Source: Armatimonadota bacterium
GTDB lineage: Bacteria > Armatimonadota > Armatimonadia > Armatimonadales > Armatimonadaceae
Direction of reading: 5' to 3'
NCBI GenBank assembly: GCA_043754515.1
Contig: JAYUUO010000281.1
Span: 1-22,915, forward strand
DNA: 22,915 nt
Shown here: positions 8,439-18,043 of the stretch, piece after piece
How the letters are laid out: each line of letters begins with the position of its first letter
Position numbering within the stretch: the stretch's first letter is position 1
Translations under genes and position numbers: made by a program
The notes under the pieces: model-generated
What the model was told of the DNA's origin: nothing
What the model saw: only the letters and a program-made list of their open reading frames with translations
Database searches by the model: none

Positions 8439-9354
8439 TTGCTCGCGGGACTCGTCGCCATCGCCGTGCTACTCATCCTGCTCGCCGCGAAGGACGCGCC
8501 CGCGAGCGTGCCGCGTGATGAAGGCCGCTTCGGCGTCCCCTGCGACTGGCTCGTTCCCGACAACCCGGCGACGATAAATCACGCGCGTGAACGCATCCGC
8601 TCGTTCGCCGCCGTGAAAGACCTGGCGGGGATCGTGCTACGCGACGTGCTACCGCCCGGCTATCGCGGCGCGGGCGAGACCGATGACAAAGCACTGACGT
8701 GGCGCGGCGGCACCGGCGTGATTGCCGGAAGGAGCCTCAAACCCCTTTCCCATTCGTCTCGGGTTCACGGCGGCGCGCCAATGTGCCTACGCGCGGGAAA
8801 AGAGCGTTGACCCGTGCGACCTTCTCCCGCATGAAACGACCAGGGCCGGGGAAGGGAACGATCCCGCCGAATACGGGGATTTAGATGGCGGTAGCCTATT
8901 CGGGCGCAATCAGAAGTCGTTCGAGGCATGGGAGGAGTGGCTCGTGCCCTTCGGAGGCAGGTATCTGGTAGCGGCGCGGGCGGCGGCGGGAACGGTGCCG
9001 CTACTTCTCGGGAGGGAGACCCAATTCCGGAGTACCGCGTCCCCGCCGACCGACCCACCCGATGCCGCCGACCAGTTGTCGTGGTTCATCTCCTGGAAGG
9101 CGGGGGACAAGCCGCCCCTTTCCGACCTGTATCAGGACGCGTGGGGCGCGACGCTTCCGGTGCCGAGGCCGGAAATGGGGGTGCTGATCGGCATCCGGGG
9201 CAGGCACACCCGCTCGCCCGCAGACGAGATCCTGAAACGCATGGGCACGGAGGATACCCCCGCGCGGACCGTCATTGACTGGTCGGATCGCCCGCTTTTT
9301 GAAATCGAGGCGGAACTGCGAAGGGCGGCGGTGAAACCGGATGCGGTAAACTGA
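8439..9354 (+). pseudogene. Frameshifted or partly deleted hypothetical exported protein
   Basis: A hydrophobic N-terminal segment and WLVPDNP..LAGIVLRDVLPPGY (ORF 8439) continue after a frameshift near 8720 into RLGFT..REKSVDPCDL (ORF 8722-9354). The function is not recognised. Confidence 0.5.
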
Positions 9355-9361
9355 AATCGCC

Positions 9362-10738
9362 ATGTCTACCGAATTGTCCGCCACCCTTTGCGCCGTTTCC
9401 GCTCTCGACGGTCGCTACTCCACCACCGTATCGCCCCTCTCGCCGTTCTTTTCCGAGTACGCGCTGATGAAATACCGCGTGCTCATCGAGGTCGAATGGT
9501 TGCGCGCCCTGTCCCGCGAATCCAGCGTGCCCGAAGTCCGCCTCCTGACCGCCGAGGAGAATGCCTACCTGGACGTCGTCGTCCGCGAGTTCTCGTCCTC
9601 TGCCGCCGAACGGGTGAAGGAGATCGAACGCGCCACAAACCACGACGTGAAGGCGATCGAGTACTTCCTCAAAGAACGGCTCGCGCCCTCCAGCCTCGCC
9701 GACCTACGCGAATGGATACATTTCGGCTGTACGTCGGAGGACATCAACAACCTCGCCTACGCGCTGATGGTCAAAGGCGGGATCACCGAAGTCTGGCTCC
9801 CCCGCGCCGAAGATCTGGTCGCCGCCGTGGAGCGGATGGGGCGCGAGTACGCCGGAACCGCGCTACTCGCACGCACCCACGGACAGACCGCCTCGCCGAC
9901 CACGCTCGGCAAGGAACTCGCCGTGTTCGCGTCGCGCTGGCGTCGCTCCCTCCGTCAGATCAAGGCGCAAGAGTATTTGGGCAAGATGAATGGCGCGGTA
10001 GGGGCGTTCAACGCCCACGTCGTCGCGTACCCGGATGCCCCTTGGCAACAGATTTCGCGCCGCTTCGTGGAGGGTTTGGGTCTGGTGCATAACCCGCTCA
10101 CGACGCAGATCGAGCCGCACGACTACCTCGCCGAACTGTTCCACGCCCTGAGCCGCTTCAATAACATCCTGCTCGACTTCGACCGCGACATGTGGTCGTA
10201 TATCTCACTTGGCTACTTCGGACAAAAAACCGTCGCGGGCGAGGTCGGCTCCTCCACGATGCCGCACAAAGTCAACCCGATAGATTTCGAGAACTCGGAG
10301 GCGAACGTCGGCCTCGCGAACGCCCTCCTCGAACATCTGGCCTCCAAACTACAGGTGTCGCGGCTCCAGCGCGACCTGTCCGATTCGTCCGCCCTGCGTA
10401 GCGCCGGCTCCGCCGTCGCGTACGGCTACCTCGCCGTAGTCGCCGCGCTCCGTGGCTTGCGCAAATGCGTCGTGAACGAGGAGCGGATCGCCGCCGACCT
10501 CGACAACGCCTGGGAAGTACTCGCGGAGGCAGTGCAAACTGTCATGCGCAAGCACGCCCTGCCCAACCCGTATGAGCGGCTCAAAGACCTGACACGCGGC
10601 GAGAAGATCACGCAGGAGGCGATACGTGCCTTCGTCGAGTCGCTCGAACTGCCGGAAGCCGAGAAAGTACGGCTCCTAAAACTGACCCCCGCAACCTACA
10701 TCGGACTCGCGCCGACACTCGCGAAACAGGGGGGGTAA
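9362..10738 (+). CDS. purB: Adenylosuccinate lyase
   Basis: Contains SALDGRY, TNHDVKAIEYFLK, HFGCTSEDINN, RTHGQTASPTT and the fumarase-family signature GSSTMPHKVNPIDFENSE. Confidence 0.97.
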   Translation: MSTELSATLCAVSALDGRYSTTVSPLSPFFSEYALMKYRVLIEVEWLRALSRESSVPEVRLLTAEENAYLDVVVREFSSSAAERVKEIERATNHDVKAIEYFLKERLAPSSLADLREWIHFGCTSEDINNLAYALMVKGGITEVWLPRAEDLVAAVERMGREYAGTALLARTHGQTASPTTLGKELAVFASRWRRSLRQIKAQEYLGKMNGAVGAFNAHVVAYPDAPWQQISRRFVEGLGLVHNPLTTQIEPHDYLAELFHALSRFNNILLDFDRDMWSYISLGYFGQKTVAGEVGSSTMPHKVNPIDFENSEANVGLANALLEHLASKLQVSRLQRDLSDSSALRSAGSAVAYGYLAVVAALRGLRKCVVNEERIAADLDNAWEVLAEAVQTVMRKHALPNPYERLKDLTRGEKITQEAIRAFVESLELPEAEKVRLLKLTPATYIGLAPTLAKQGG

Positions 10739-10741
10739 CCC

Positions 10742-11188
10742 GTGAAAACAGAAGCCGAAACCGGCTATCAACCGCGCCCGACCAGCCGCGTTCCGCCCGA
10801 AGAGTCCGTGGACCTGTACCCCGGACTCTGCGTGGACGACGCGCGAGTCGGCGGCTCCATCACCGTCTCCCAATCACGCCTGCCGGTCTGGGCGATTGCC
10901 GGTATCGCGGCGGAAAGCGGCTGGGATGCCGTCGTCAACGGCTGGGATTACATCGAAACCGAATATCACTGGGACAGGCACGATATGGGAGAGTTTCTGC
11001 GCAACCTGACCGAGCCGCGCGGGGAGTTCGCCCGGTTGCTACTGGTATTCGCCGACGTGGAGCGGCAAGCACGTAGCAGTGACGGCGACACGCAGTGGTA
11101 CGAGCAGCGGGAGATGCGGCAGCGTGTCCGCGAGCAACTAGACCGTTGCCGCGCCGTGATAGACCGAATGGACGGCTCTGCCTCCTAA
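10742..11188 (+). CDS. Hypothetical protein with a DUF433-like (antitoxin-type HTH) N-terminal region
   Basis: LCVDDARVGGSITVSQSRLPVWAIA resembles the DUF433 pattern IxxDPxxxGGxPxIxGTRIPVxxI. It starts 3 nt after the purB stop. Confidence 0.55.
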   Translation: MKTEAETGYQPRPTSRVPPEESVDLYPGLCVDDARVGGSITVSQSRLPVWAIAGIAAESGWDAVVNGWDYIETEYHWDRHDMGEFLRNLTEPRGEFARLLLVFADVERQARSSDGDTQWYEQREMRQRVREQLDRCRAVIDRMDGSAS

Positions 11189-11281
11189 ACGCCGCCCGAC
11201 CCTACGCTCGCGAAACATTTCCAGTCCGTTCGCCAAGAACTGGGTATACTGGTGTCTGAGCCTGTAAGGAGGGCTAGTACT

Positions 11282-11860
11282 ATGACGCTTGGTAAAGTCA
11301 CATTTGGCGTTTTATCTGCTTTATTGATGGTCGCCGCGCGGGGACATGCCGCGCCGTTCGTGGTCAACGCGGTTGATGGGTCCGCGCTCCCCACGTCCAC
11401 GATCTCGTTGGTCGCCGGTCAGTCGTACACCGTGACGGCGGGTATCAATGACTTGTGGAGTCTCGGCTCACTCCCGCGCTGGTGCAACGCGGACGGCTTG
11501 ACCGGGAACCGCTTCGCGACCGGAACCGACGAATCCGGGCAACCCGCCGGGACGCTGATCGGGCAGAACTTCGGCACGGTGACTAGCAACGGCCTGACCG
11601 CGCCGTTCGGCGTGCTCGCCGGGACGATCAACGGCGGGACGCCGTTCGTGGTCGGCACCAACTTCTCCGGCGTCGCGGCGACCTCGGGCACGCTTCAACT
11701 ATTCTGCCTCGATAGTGGCTCCGGCGACAACACGCAGTTCATCACAGCCAACGTGAATGTGACAACGGCTGTCCCCGAAGCGTCCGGGCTGTCTCTCCTG
11801 CCGCTCGGCTTGCTGGCGATAGTCGGCGCGGCAAAGCGGCGCGGGCGAATCGCGGCGTAA
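11282..11860 (+). CDS. PEP-CTERM surface protein with a PA-IL/LecA-like lectin domain
   Basis: TATACT (11245-11250) and SD AAGGAGG (11266-11272) precede ATG 11282. There is a signal peptide, then APFGVLAGTINGGTPFVVG..SGTLQL..DSGSGDN, and a C-terminal VPEAS + TM + KRR. Confidence 0.8.
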   Translation: MTLGKVTFGVLSALLMVAARGHAAPFVVNAVDGSALPTSTISLVAGQSYTVTAGINDLWSLGSLPRWCNADGLTGNRFATGTDESGQPAGTLIGQNFGTVTSNGLTAPFGVLAGTINGGTPFVVGTNFSGVAATSGTLQLFCLDSGSGDNTQFITANVNVTTAVPEASGLSLLPLGLLAIVGAAKRRGRIAA

Positions 11861-12138
11861 CGATGGGTGGCGGATTCGGCGGCATTAAAGGGGGGCGCGG
11901 GCAGTATTCCGCTCTCGTCCTCTTGCGGTTCGTCAAGAGTTTCTAAATTGGGAACACCGCGTCTCCCACTTCCCCGAAGACGACGGCACGCCCTCGCTCA
12001 CCGAGGAGAGCCGGGGGGGAGGGGACGTTCCCAGTCGGGTCGCACGCAGAAAGCAAACTCTGATCCGATTGATCAGGGGGCGTTTCGAGTGTACATTTCG
12101 TACTACAGTTGTAATCTAGATATCAAGTACTGGCACCC

Positions 12139-13071
12139 ATGAAAAAAACACTCCCGATCGCCGCCCTCACTCTCGTCGCATCCGCCCTCCTTTACGGTCA
12201 AAGGTGCGTCTACGCTCAGAAGTCTGCACCAACCGCGCCGCGATCAGCAAATGCTCCCGCGTCGGCGCAAGCGCGCGAAAAGAGCGTCGCCGAAAAGCCG
12301 CCCAAGCCGTCCGCCCCCGCGAAACAGGTCGCGTACGAAGTCAAGATGCCGAAAGTGGCGATACTTCGAGATGGCGGGGGAGGCGACTGGAAGCTTGATT
12401 ACGTCACAACCCTGGAACAGGCGCGGGCGACGTTCGACCCCATCATCGTCGGTAGACCGACTAAGGGGTTCTTGGGCAACACGCACTGGGTCACTTACCT
12501 GCCCCACGACCCCGGCGACAACGATCCCACCAACTATATTGATATGGAGTGGACCGAAGGCCCGTTCGTAGTCGAGCGGGTGCTGTTTCAGAAAGCGGGT
12601 AGTGGTCTAGCGGCGGGTGCGACGATACAAGTCGTGCAACCCGTCGGTCTCGCGGTCGAGGTCAAGAACGCAGTGCGTTGCGTCAGCGAAGACTGCTACG
12701 ATCTCAAGCAAAGCAGCCGCTACGTCCTGCTTCTAAATCGCGGTCGTAACGGGAAGAGATTTGTTATGGACAACTTCAACCTAGGGCGATTCAACACGGA
12801 CGGCACCGATTGTGAGGATGAAGCGGACGTCACAAACGGTCTCAACGACGATGGCTCGAAGACCGATAAGCAGAAACTGCGCGACGAGCTGACGGCGCAA
12901 TACAACATCACATTCGCGCCGATGAGACCGGCCAGGGGGATCAGTGCCTTCGTCCTCGGTAGGCCGCGTGGGGACGGGACCACGGCGATCATCTACGTTA
13001 CGATCACGCCGCCGCAACCCGGTAACAGTATGCTCGAGATCCAGCAGTCGAGTGCCGCCGTGGGTCCCTGA
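12139..13071 (+). CDS. Secreted hypothetical protein, possibly truncated by a nonsense codon
   Basis: It has the signal peptide MKKTLPIAALTLVASALL, a Pro/Ala/Lys-rich linker and a globular region. The frame stays open after TGA 13069-13071. Confidence 0.65.
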   Translation: MKKTLPIAALTLVASALLYGQRCVYAQKSAPTAPRSANAPASAQAREKSVAEKPPKPSAPAKQVAYEVKMPKVAILRDGGGGDWKLDYVTTLEQARATFDPIIVGRPTKGFLGNTHWVTYLPHDPGDNDPTNYIDMEWTEGPFVVERVLFQKAGSGLAAGATIQVVQPVGLAVEVKNAVRCVSEDCYDLKQSSRYVLLLNRGRNGKRFVMDNFNLGRFNTDGTDCEDEADVTNGLNDDGSKTDKQKLRDELTAQYNITFAPMRPARGISAFVLGRPRGDGTTAIIYVTITPPQPGNSMLEIQQSSAAVGP

Positions 13072-13260
13072 ACACAGGTCACCCTGGTGCCGGTCGTCGC
13101 CTCCGCTCAGACGGGGACGCCCCCCCCGAACCTCCCGACTGTACTGCAAGCCCCCCGCTCCCAACAAGCCCGACGCGAAGCGTCTACAACCGAAGGCTTC
13201 CAGCGGAACAATTCATTGCCCACTCTCCACGGCTTATCGCTCGCTCGACCGACGCCCCGT

Positions 13261-13309
13261 AATACAAAGCGGGGAGCCCCGGCAAGCGAGTCGCTTGCCG
13301 GGGCTCCCC
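13261..13309 (-). terminator. Intrinsic terminator downstream of rpoC, possibly bidirectional
   Basis: A perfect 19-bp IR, GGGGAGCCCCGGCAAGCGA (13271-13289) / TCGCTTGCCGGGGCTCCCC (13291-13309), is followed on the minus strand by GCTTTGTATT. It lies 24 nt after the rpoC stop. Confidence 0.85.
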
Positions 13310-13333
13310 CATTCGCTCTACCCCGCGCCCCGT

Positions 13334-16300
13334 CTACAGCCCCGCGGGTGCCTCTTCCGCGCCCAGTAGCGCGGACGATGCCTGCTTATACGTATCGAGT
13401 GCCGACAACTCCTCTTGCAGGTCCAGCGGGACCCGCTTGCGCTCCTGTGGCTCTAGCTGAATTGCCTCGCCGTTCGGTAGCACCACGTCCAGCGCGCGGT
13501 ACTGCGCGAGACCCGTACCCGCCGGGATCAGGCGGCCGATGATCACGTTCTCCTTCAGACCGACCAGGTGGTCACGCTTGCCGCGCACCGCCGCCTCGGT
13601 CAGCACACGCGTCGTCTTCTGGAACGACGCCGCCGACAGAAACGATTCGGTGGCGAGACTCGCCTCAGTGATGCCGAGTAGCACCGGTACCGAAGTAGCG
13701 GGCTTGCCGACTGGCTCGCGGGACTCGATCTTGCGGTTCTCATCCTCAATGTCGAACCGGTCAATCACCTGGCCTTGCAGGAAGTCCGCGTCGCCCGGAT
13801 CCGCGATCTTGCGCTTCTTGAGCATCTGGCGCACGATCACCTCGACGTGTTTGTCGTTGATGTCCACCCCTTGTTGCTTGTAGACCCGCTGGACTTCGCG
13901 CACCAGGTACTCCTGCACGCCGCGTGCCCCTTGCAAATCGAGCACCTTTTGCGGCGAGAGCGGCCCGTCGGTCAGACGATGCCCCGGCTCCACGACGTCC
14001 CCGACCTTGACTTCCAGTTCGCCGCGGTACGGAACGACCTTCTCTTTCACGATCAGGATCCGCTCGTGGCCCGCGTCGCGAACCTTCTTCGCCAGCCGCT
14101 CGGTGATGTCGCTACCCGCCGCGACGATCACCTCGTCCTTCACGGGGTCGCGGATATCTACCGCCGCCGTCGCGTTCCGAATGTTCTTCGCGTCCTCGCC
14201 GACCTTGATCTCGGTGTGGATGTAGACCTTGCGCAGTCCCTCGGTCTTAATTTCGGCGATCTTGCCACCAAACTCGGTCACAATCGCCTCGCCCTTCGGG
14301 TTACGCGCCTCGAACAACTCGACGATACGCAGGAGTCCGCCCACCTGCTCTTCCGCGACCTTCAGCAACTGTTGCACCTGCCGCTGCTTCTCGCGGTCGT
14401 TGCCTTCCTCCTGGTCGAGCGAAAGGCGACCCGCCTGTGAGTCCATATAGATGAACGCCAGGTTCGCCGAACGTTGCCGCTTGACGCCCGCGACGCCGGT
14501 CAACTGGTTCGCCGACGCGACGCCTCCTGTGTGGAAGGTGCGCATAGTCAGCTGCGTGCCCGGCTCGCCGATGGACTGCGCCGCGATGATCCCGACTGCG
14601 ACGCCGATTTCAACTGGCTTGTTGGTCGCAAGGTCGCGGCCGTAGCACATGCCGCAGACGCCCTGGCGCGACTCGCAATACAGCACCGAGCGGAGCCACA
14701 CCTTGCGCTGATGCACGCTCTTGATGCCCGCCTCTGCCTCGGCCACCGTGATCGGCGTGTCATAGAACGCGGCCTGAACCGCCTTGGCGTCGAGCGGCCC
14801 GAAGACTTCGTTCTTCGCCATGATCACCTCGCCTGTCTCCGGATGCACCACATCGCGGAGCGCAGTGCGCCCGAGCAGTCGCTCCTGGAGCAGTTCGATA
14901 ACGTCGTTGCCTTCACGAATCTCGCTAACATCCACGCCCTTTTCCGTGCCGCAGTCCACCTCGCGGATGATCACGTCCTGCGCCACATCCACTAGGCGGC
15001 GCGTCAAGTAACCGGCGTCCGCCGTCCGTAGCGCGGTATCGGCGAGTCCTTTGCGCGCGCCGTGCGTCGTCACGAAGTATTCCAGCGTGGACAATCCCTC
15101 GTGGAAGTTCGACTTCACCGGGAGCGAGTCAATGATGTTACCGAACGGGTCCGCCATCAAGCCGCGCATACCCGAGAGTTGCGAGACCTGTTTGATCGAA
15201 CCGCGCGCACCGGACGTCGTCACGATCGAGATCGGGTTGAACTTCGAGATATTCTTAACGATCTCGTCACCGATCAGCGCGGTCGCGTCCGTCCACAGTT
15301 TCAGCACCTGCTGCTTGCGCTCGCCAGGCGAGATCATGCCACGGGCGTACTGCTTGTTGACGTTGACGACCTTCTCCTCGGTCTCGCGCAGAATCTCCGC
15401 GCGGCTCGCCGGGGACTGCATGTCGGTCATGGCGAACGTGATGCCCGCCTTCGCCGCCCACTTGAACCCCTGTGCCTTCATGTCATCAAGGAACGTAATC
15501 ACCGCCGCCGTGCCCGACGAGGAGAAGACCTCCGCGATCAGCCGGGTCAACTGCTTCTTACCGAACGCCTCGTTCTTGTAGCGAAGCACCTCCGGCACTA
15601 TCTCGTTAAAGATCAGCCGTCCCGCCGTGGTCGCGAGCGGCTTATCGCCCTCGCGCGGACGGACCGTCAGATACTCGTGCAGATCCAGTTGGCCCGAATC
15701 GTAGGCGAGAATCGCGTCCTCCGCGGTCGAGAAACGATGCCGCGTACCGACCGAGAACGCCTTGAACCCGTTCGGGTTGCTCTTCAGTTCCGCCAGCAGT
15801 TCCGGCCGGATGTACTGGCCCGGCTCGGCGGCGATCTCGCCCGTATCAGCGCGGATCACGTTCGTGACAACCACGCGGCCCAGTTCGTCGTCACTGAGCG
15901 GGCGGTGTTGCCCGGTGAACGACACGATGCCGTCGGGCGTCACCGTTTCGGCCTTGTCCATCGTCAGGTAGTAGTTACCGAGCACGATGTCCTGTTGCGG
16001 CGACACGATCGGCGAGCCGTCGGCGGGCGAGAACAGGTTGTGCGTCGCCAGCATCAGCACACGCGCTTCGGCTTGCGCGGTCGCCGACAGCGGGATATGA
16101 ACCGCCATCTGGTCGCCATCGAAGTCGGCGTTAAACGCCTTACAAACGAGTGGGTGCAACTGAATCGCCTTGCCGTCCACGAGTCGCGGCTCGAACGCCT
16201 GGATGCCGAGGCGGTGCAGGGTCGGGGCGCGGTTCAGAAGAACCGGGTGCTCCTTGATGACTTCCTCGAGCGCGTCCCAGACCTCCGGACGCATCTTGTC

Positions 16301-17809
16301 AATCATCCGCTTCGCGGTCTTGATATTCGACGTGTACTGCCGCTCGACCAGCGTCTTCATCACGAACGGCTTGAACAGTTCGAGTGCCATCTCCTTCGGC
16401 AGACCACACTCGTGCAACTTCAGGTGTGGGCCGACCACGATCACGGAACGACCGGAATAGTCCACGCGCTTGCCGAGCAGGTTCTTGCGGAAGCGGCCTT
16501 CCTTACCCTTGAGCATGTCGGAGAGCGACTTGAGCGGGCGACCGTTGGAGCCGGTGACCGGGCGGGTGCGGCGTCCGTTGTCAATCAGCGCATCGACCGC
16601 CTCTTGAAGTAGCCGCTTCTCGTGGTTGACGATGGACTCCGGCGCGCGAATCTCCTGGATCTTCTTCAGGCGGTTGTTGCGGTTGATGATACGGCGGTAC
16701 AGGTCGTTCAGGTCCGACGTCGCGAAGCGGCCGCCGTCAAGTTGCACCATCGGGCGCAGTTCGGGCGAGATAACGGGAACGGCGTCCAGAATCATCCACT
16801 CTGGGCGCGCCTTCGAGTCAATGAACGCGTTCACGACTTCGATACGCTTAATAGCGCGGAGTTTCTTCGGGCCCTGCGTCTCCTCGATCTCCTTGCGCAA
16901 CTGGCGTTGCATCGCGTCAAGATCCACTTCAAGAAGCAGTTTTTTGATCGCCGCGCCGCCCAGACCCGCGTCCACGATGTCCATCAGCGACTCGTCCACG
17001 CGCGCCGCGACCACGTCGCGTAGCCGCTCGATCTTGCGCCAATCGTCCTCGCCCAGAAGCATCCGCTTTTCGAGCGTCTTCATTAGGTCGAGTGAGTCGC
17101 GCAGTTCCTTAGAACGCTCGTCGGCGTCCTTCTCTTCCTGGCGCACCCGGTCGGAGAGAGTTTTCTCGCGGTCAACTATCTCTTCCTCGGTGTAGGCGAC
17201 GCGCTCCGGCTCGGCCTGCTCCTCGCCTTCGAGCGCGGCTTCGACGGCGACCACGCGGCCCAAGGCCGTCTCGCGGGCGAATTCGTCGCGGTAGTCACGG
17301 ATCGCGTCATCCCGGTCGTCGGTGATCGCGGCGATCTCTTCCTCGACCGCGTCACGGAACCTGTCCATGTTGCCGAGAATGCGCCCCTTGTCAACGGACG
17401 TGACGATGTAGGACGCGAAGTAGAGCACCTTTTCGAGCGGTCGCGGCGTCATATCCAGGATAAGCGCGAGCGGCGAGGGGACGCCTTTGAGGTACCAGAT
17501 GTGCGACACCGGCGACGCCAACTCGATGTGCCCCATGCGCTCACGGCGCACTTTAGACCGGGTCACCTCCACGCCGCAACGGTCGCAGATGATGCCCTTG
17601 AACTTCACCTTTTTGTACCGCCCGCAGTGGCACTCCCAGTCCTTCTGCGGCCCGAAGATCTTCTCACAGAAGAGACCGTCGCGCTCCGGCTTGAAGGTGC
17701 GATAGTTAATGGTCTCGGGCTTCTTGACCTCGCCATAGGACCAGGTACGAATCTGATCCGGCGAGGCGATAGCGATACGAATCTTGTCAAACGTGCTTGC
17801 ATCAGCCAT
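13334..17809 (-). CDS. rpoC: DNA-directed RNA polymerase subunit beta'
   Basis: Contains [13 protein letters not shown], the zinc finger CHC..CDRC, the catalytic [21 protein letters not shown] and SFLSAASFQ. Confidence 0.99.
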   Translation of the reverse strand: MADASTFDKIRIAIASPDQIRTWSYGEVKKPETINYRTFKPERDGLFCEKIFGPQKDWECHCGRYKKVKFKGIICDRCGVEVTRSKVRRERMGHIELASPVSHIWYLKGVPSPLALILDMTPRPLEKVLYFASYIVTSVDKGRILGNMDRFRDAVEEEIAAITDDRDDAIRDYRDEFARETALGRVVAVEAALEGEEQAEPERVAYTEEEIVDREKTLSDRVRQEEKDADERSKELRDSLDLMKTLEKRMLLGEDDWRKIERLRDVVAARVDESLMDIVDAGLGGAAIKKLLLEVDLDAMQRQLRKEIEETQGPKKLRAIKRIEVVNAFIDSKARPEWMILDAVPVISPELRPMVQLDGGRFATSDLNDLYRRIINRNNRLKKIQEIRAPESIVNHEKRLLQEAVDALIDNGRRTRPVTGSNGRPLKSLSDMLKGKEGRFRKNLLGKRVDYSGRSVIVVGPHLKLHECGLPKEMALELFKPFVMKTLVERQYTSNIKTAKRMIDKMRPEVWDALEEVIKEHPVLLNRAPTLHRLGIQAFEPRLVDGKAIQLHPLVCKAFNADFDGDQMAVHIPLSATAQAEARVLMLATHNLFSPADGSPIVSPQQDIVLGNYYLTMDKAETVTPDGIVSFTGQHRPLSDDELGRVVVTNVIRADTGEIAAEPGQYIRPELLAELKSNPNGFKAFSVGTRHRFSTAEDAILAYDSGQLDLHEYLTVRPREGDKPLATTAGRLIFNEIVPEVLRYKNEAFGKKQLTRLIAEVFSSSGTAAVITFLDDMKAQGFKWAAKAGITFAMTDMQSPASRAEILRETEEKVVNVNKQYARGMISPGERKQQVLKLWTDATALIGDEIVKNISKFNPISIVTTSGARGSIKQVSQLSGMRGLMADPFGNIIDSLPVKSNFHEGLSTLEYFVTTHGARKGLADTALRTADAGYLTRRLVDVAQDVIIREVDCGTEKGVDVSEIREGNDVIELLQERLLGRTALRDVVHPETGEVIMAKNEVFGPLDAKAVQAAFYDTPITVAEAEAGIKSVHQRKVWLRSVLYCESRQGVCGMCYGRDLATNKPVEIGVAVGIIAAQSIGEPGTQLTMRTFHTGGVASANQLTGVAGVKRQRSANLAFIYMDSQAGRLSLDQEEGNDREKQRQVQQLLKVAEEQVGGLLRIVELFEARNPKGEAIVTEFGGKIAEIKTEGLRKVYIHTEIKVGEDAKNIRNATAAVDIRDPVKDEVIVAAGSDITERLAKKVRDAGHERILIVKEKVVPYRGELEVKVGDVVEPGHRLTDGPLSPQKVLDLQGARGVQEYLVREVQRVYKQQGVDINDKHVEVIVRQMLKKRKIADPGDADFLQGQVIDRFDIEDENRKIESREPVGKPATSVPVLLGITEASLATESFLSAASFQKTTRVLTEAAVRGKRDHLVGLKENVIIGRLIPAGTGLAQYRALDVVLPNGEAIQLEPQERKRVPLDLQEELSALDTYKQASSALLGAEEAPAGL

Positions 17810-17836
17810 TTGGCTATTCTCTCTTTCGTCGTGTGT

Positions 17837-18043
17837 CTACGGTAGAACTGTTCCACCGCTCAACGTCAAAATCGTGTTGAGTAAACTCTTCAACTCGGGG
17901 CAGGCGTTCGCGGCGATCAACAAATCCTGATTCTTCAGTATCCGCGTGGCATCACGCGGCTTGACATAAGCGGTACGTCCTCTGCCGCTCATAAAAACCT
18001 TTTTCAGCTCGGTGTCGCCTTCTACGATCATTGCAATCCTCAA
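17837..18043 (-). pseudogene. Internally deleted TOPRIM-like (DUF4276/RloB-type) partner gene
   Basis: The TTG start at 18043 overlaps the upstream TGA (TTGA). MRIAMIVEGDTE, a TOPRIM VEGxxE motif, is joined directly to a C-terminal segment YVKPRDATRIL..ANACPELKSLLNTI. The product is only 68 aa. Confidence 0.75.

Noticed and set aside
11949..12033. Possible REP-like element bounded by TGGGAAC / GTTCCCA
   Set aside because: The IR is only 7 bp with weak internal pairing, and no second copy occurs in the window.
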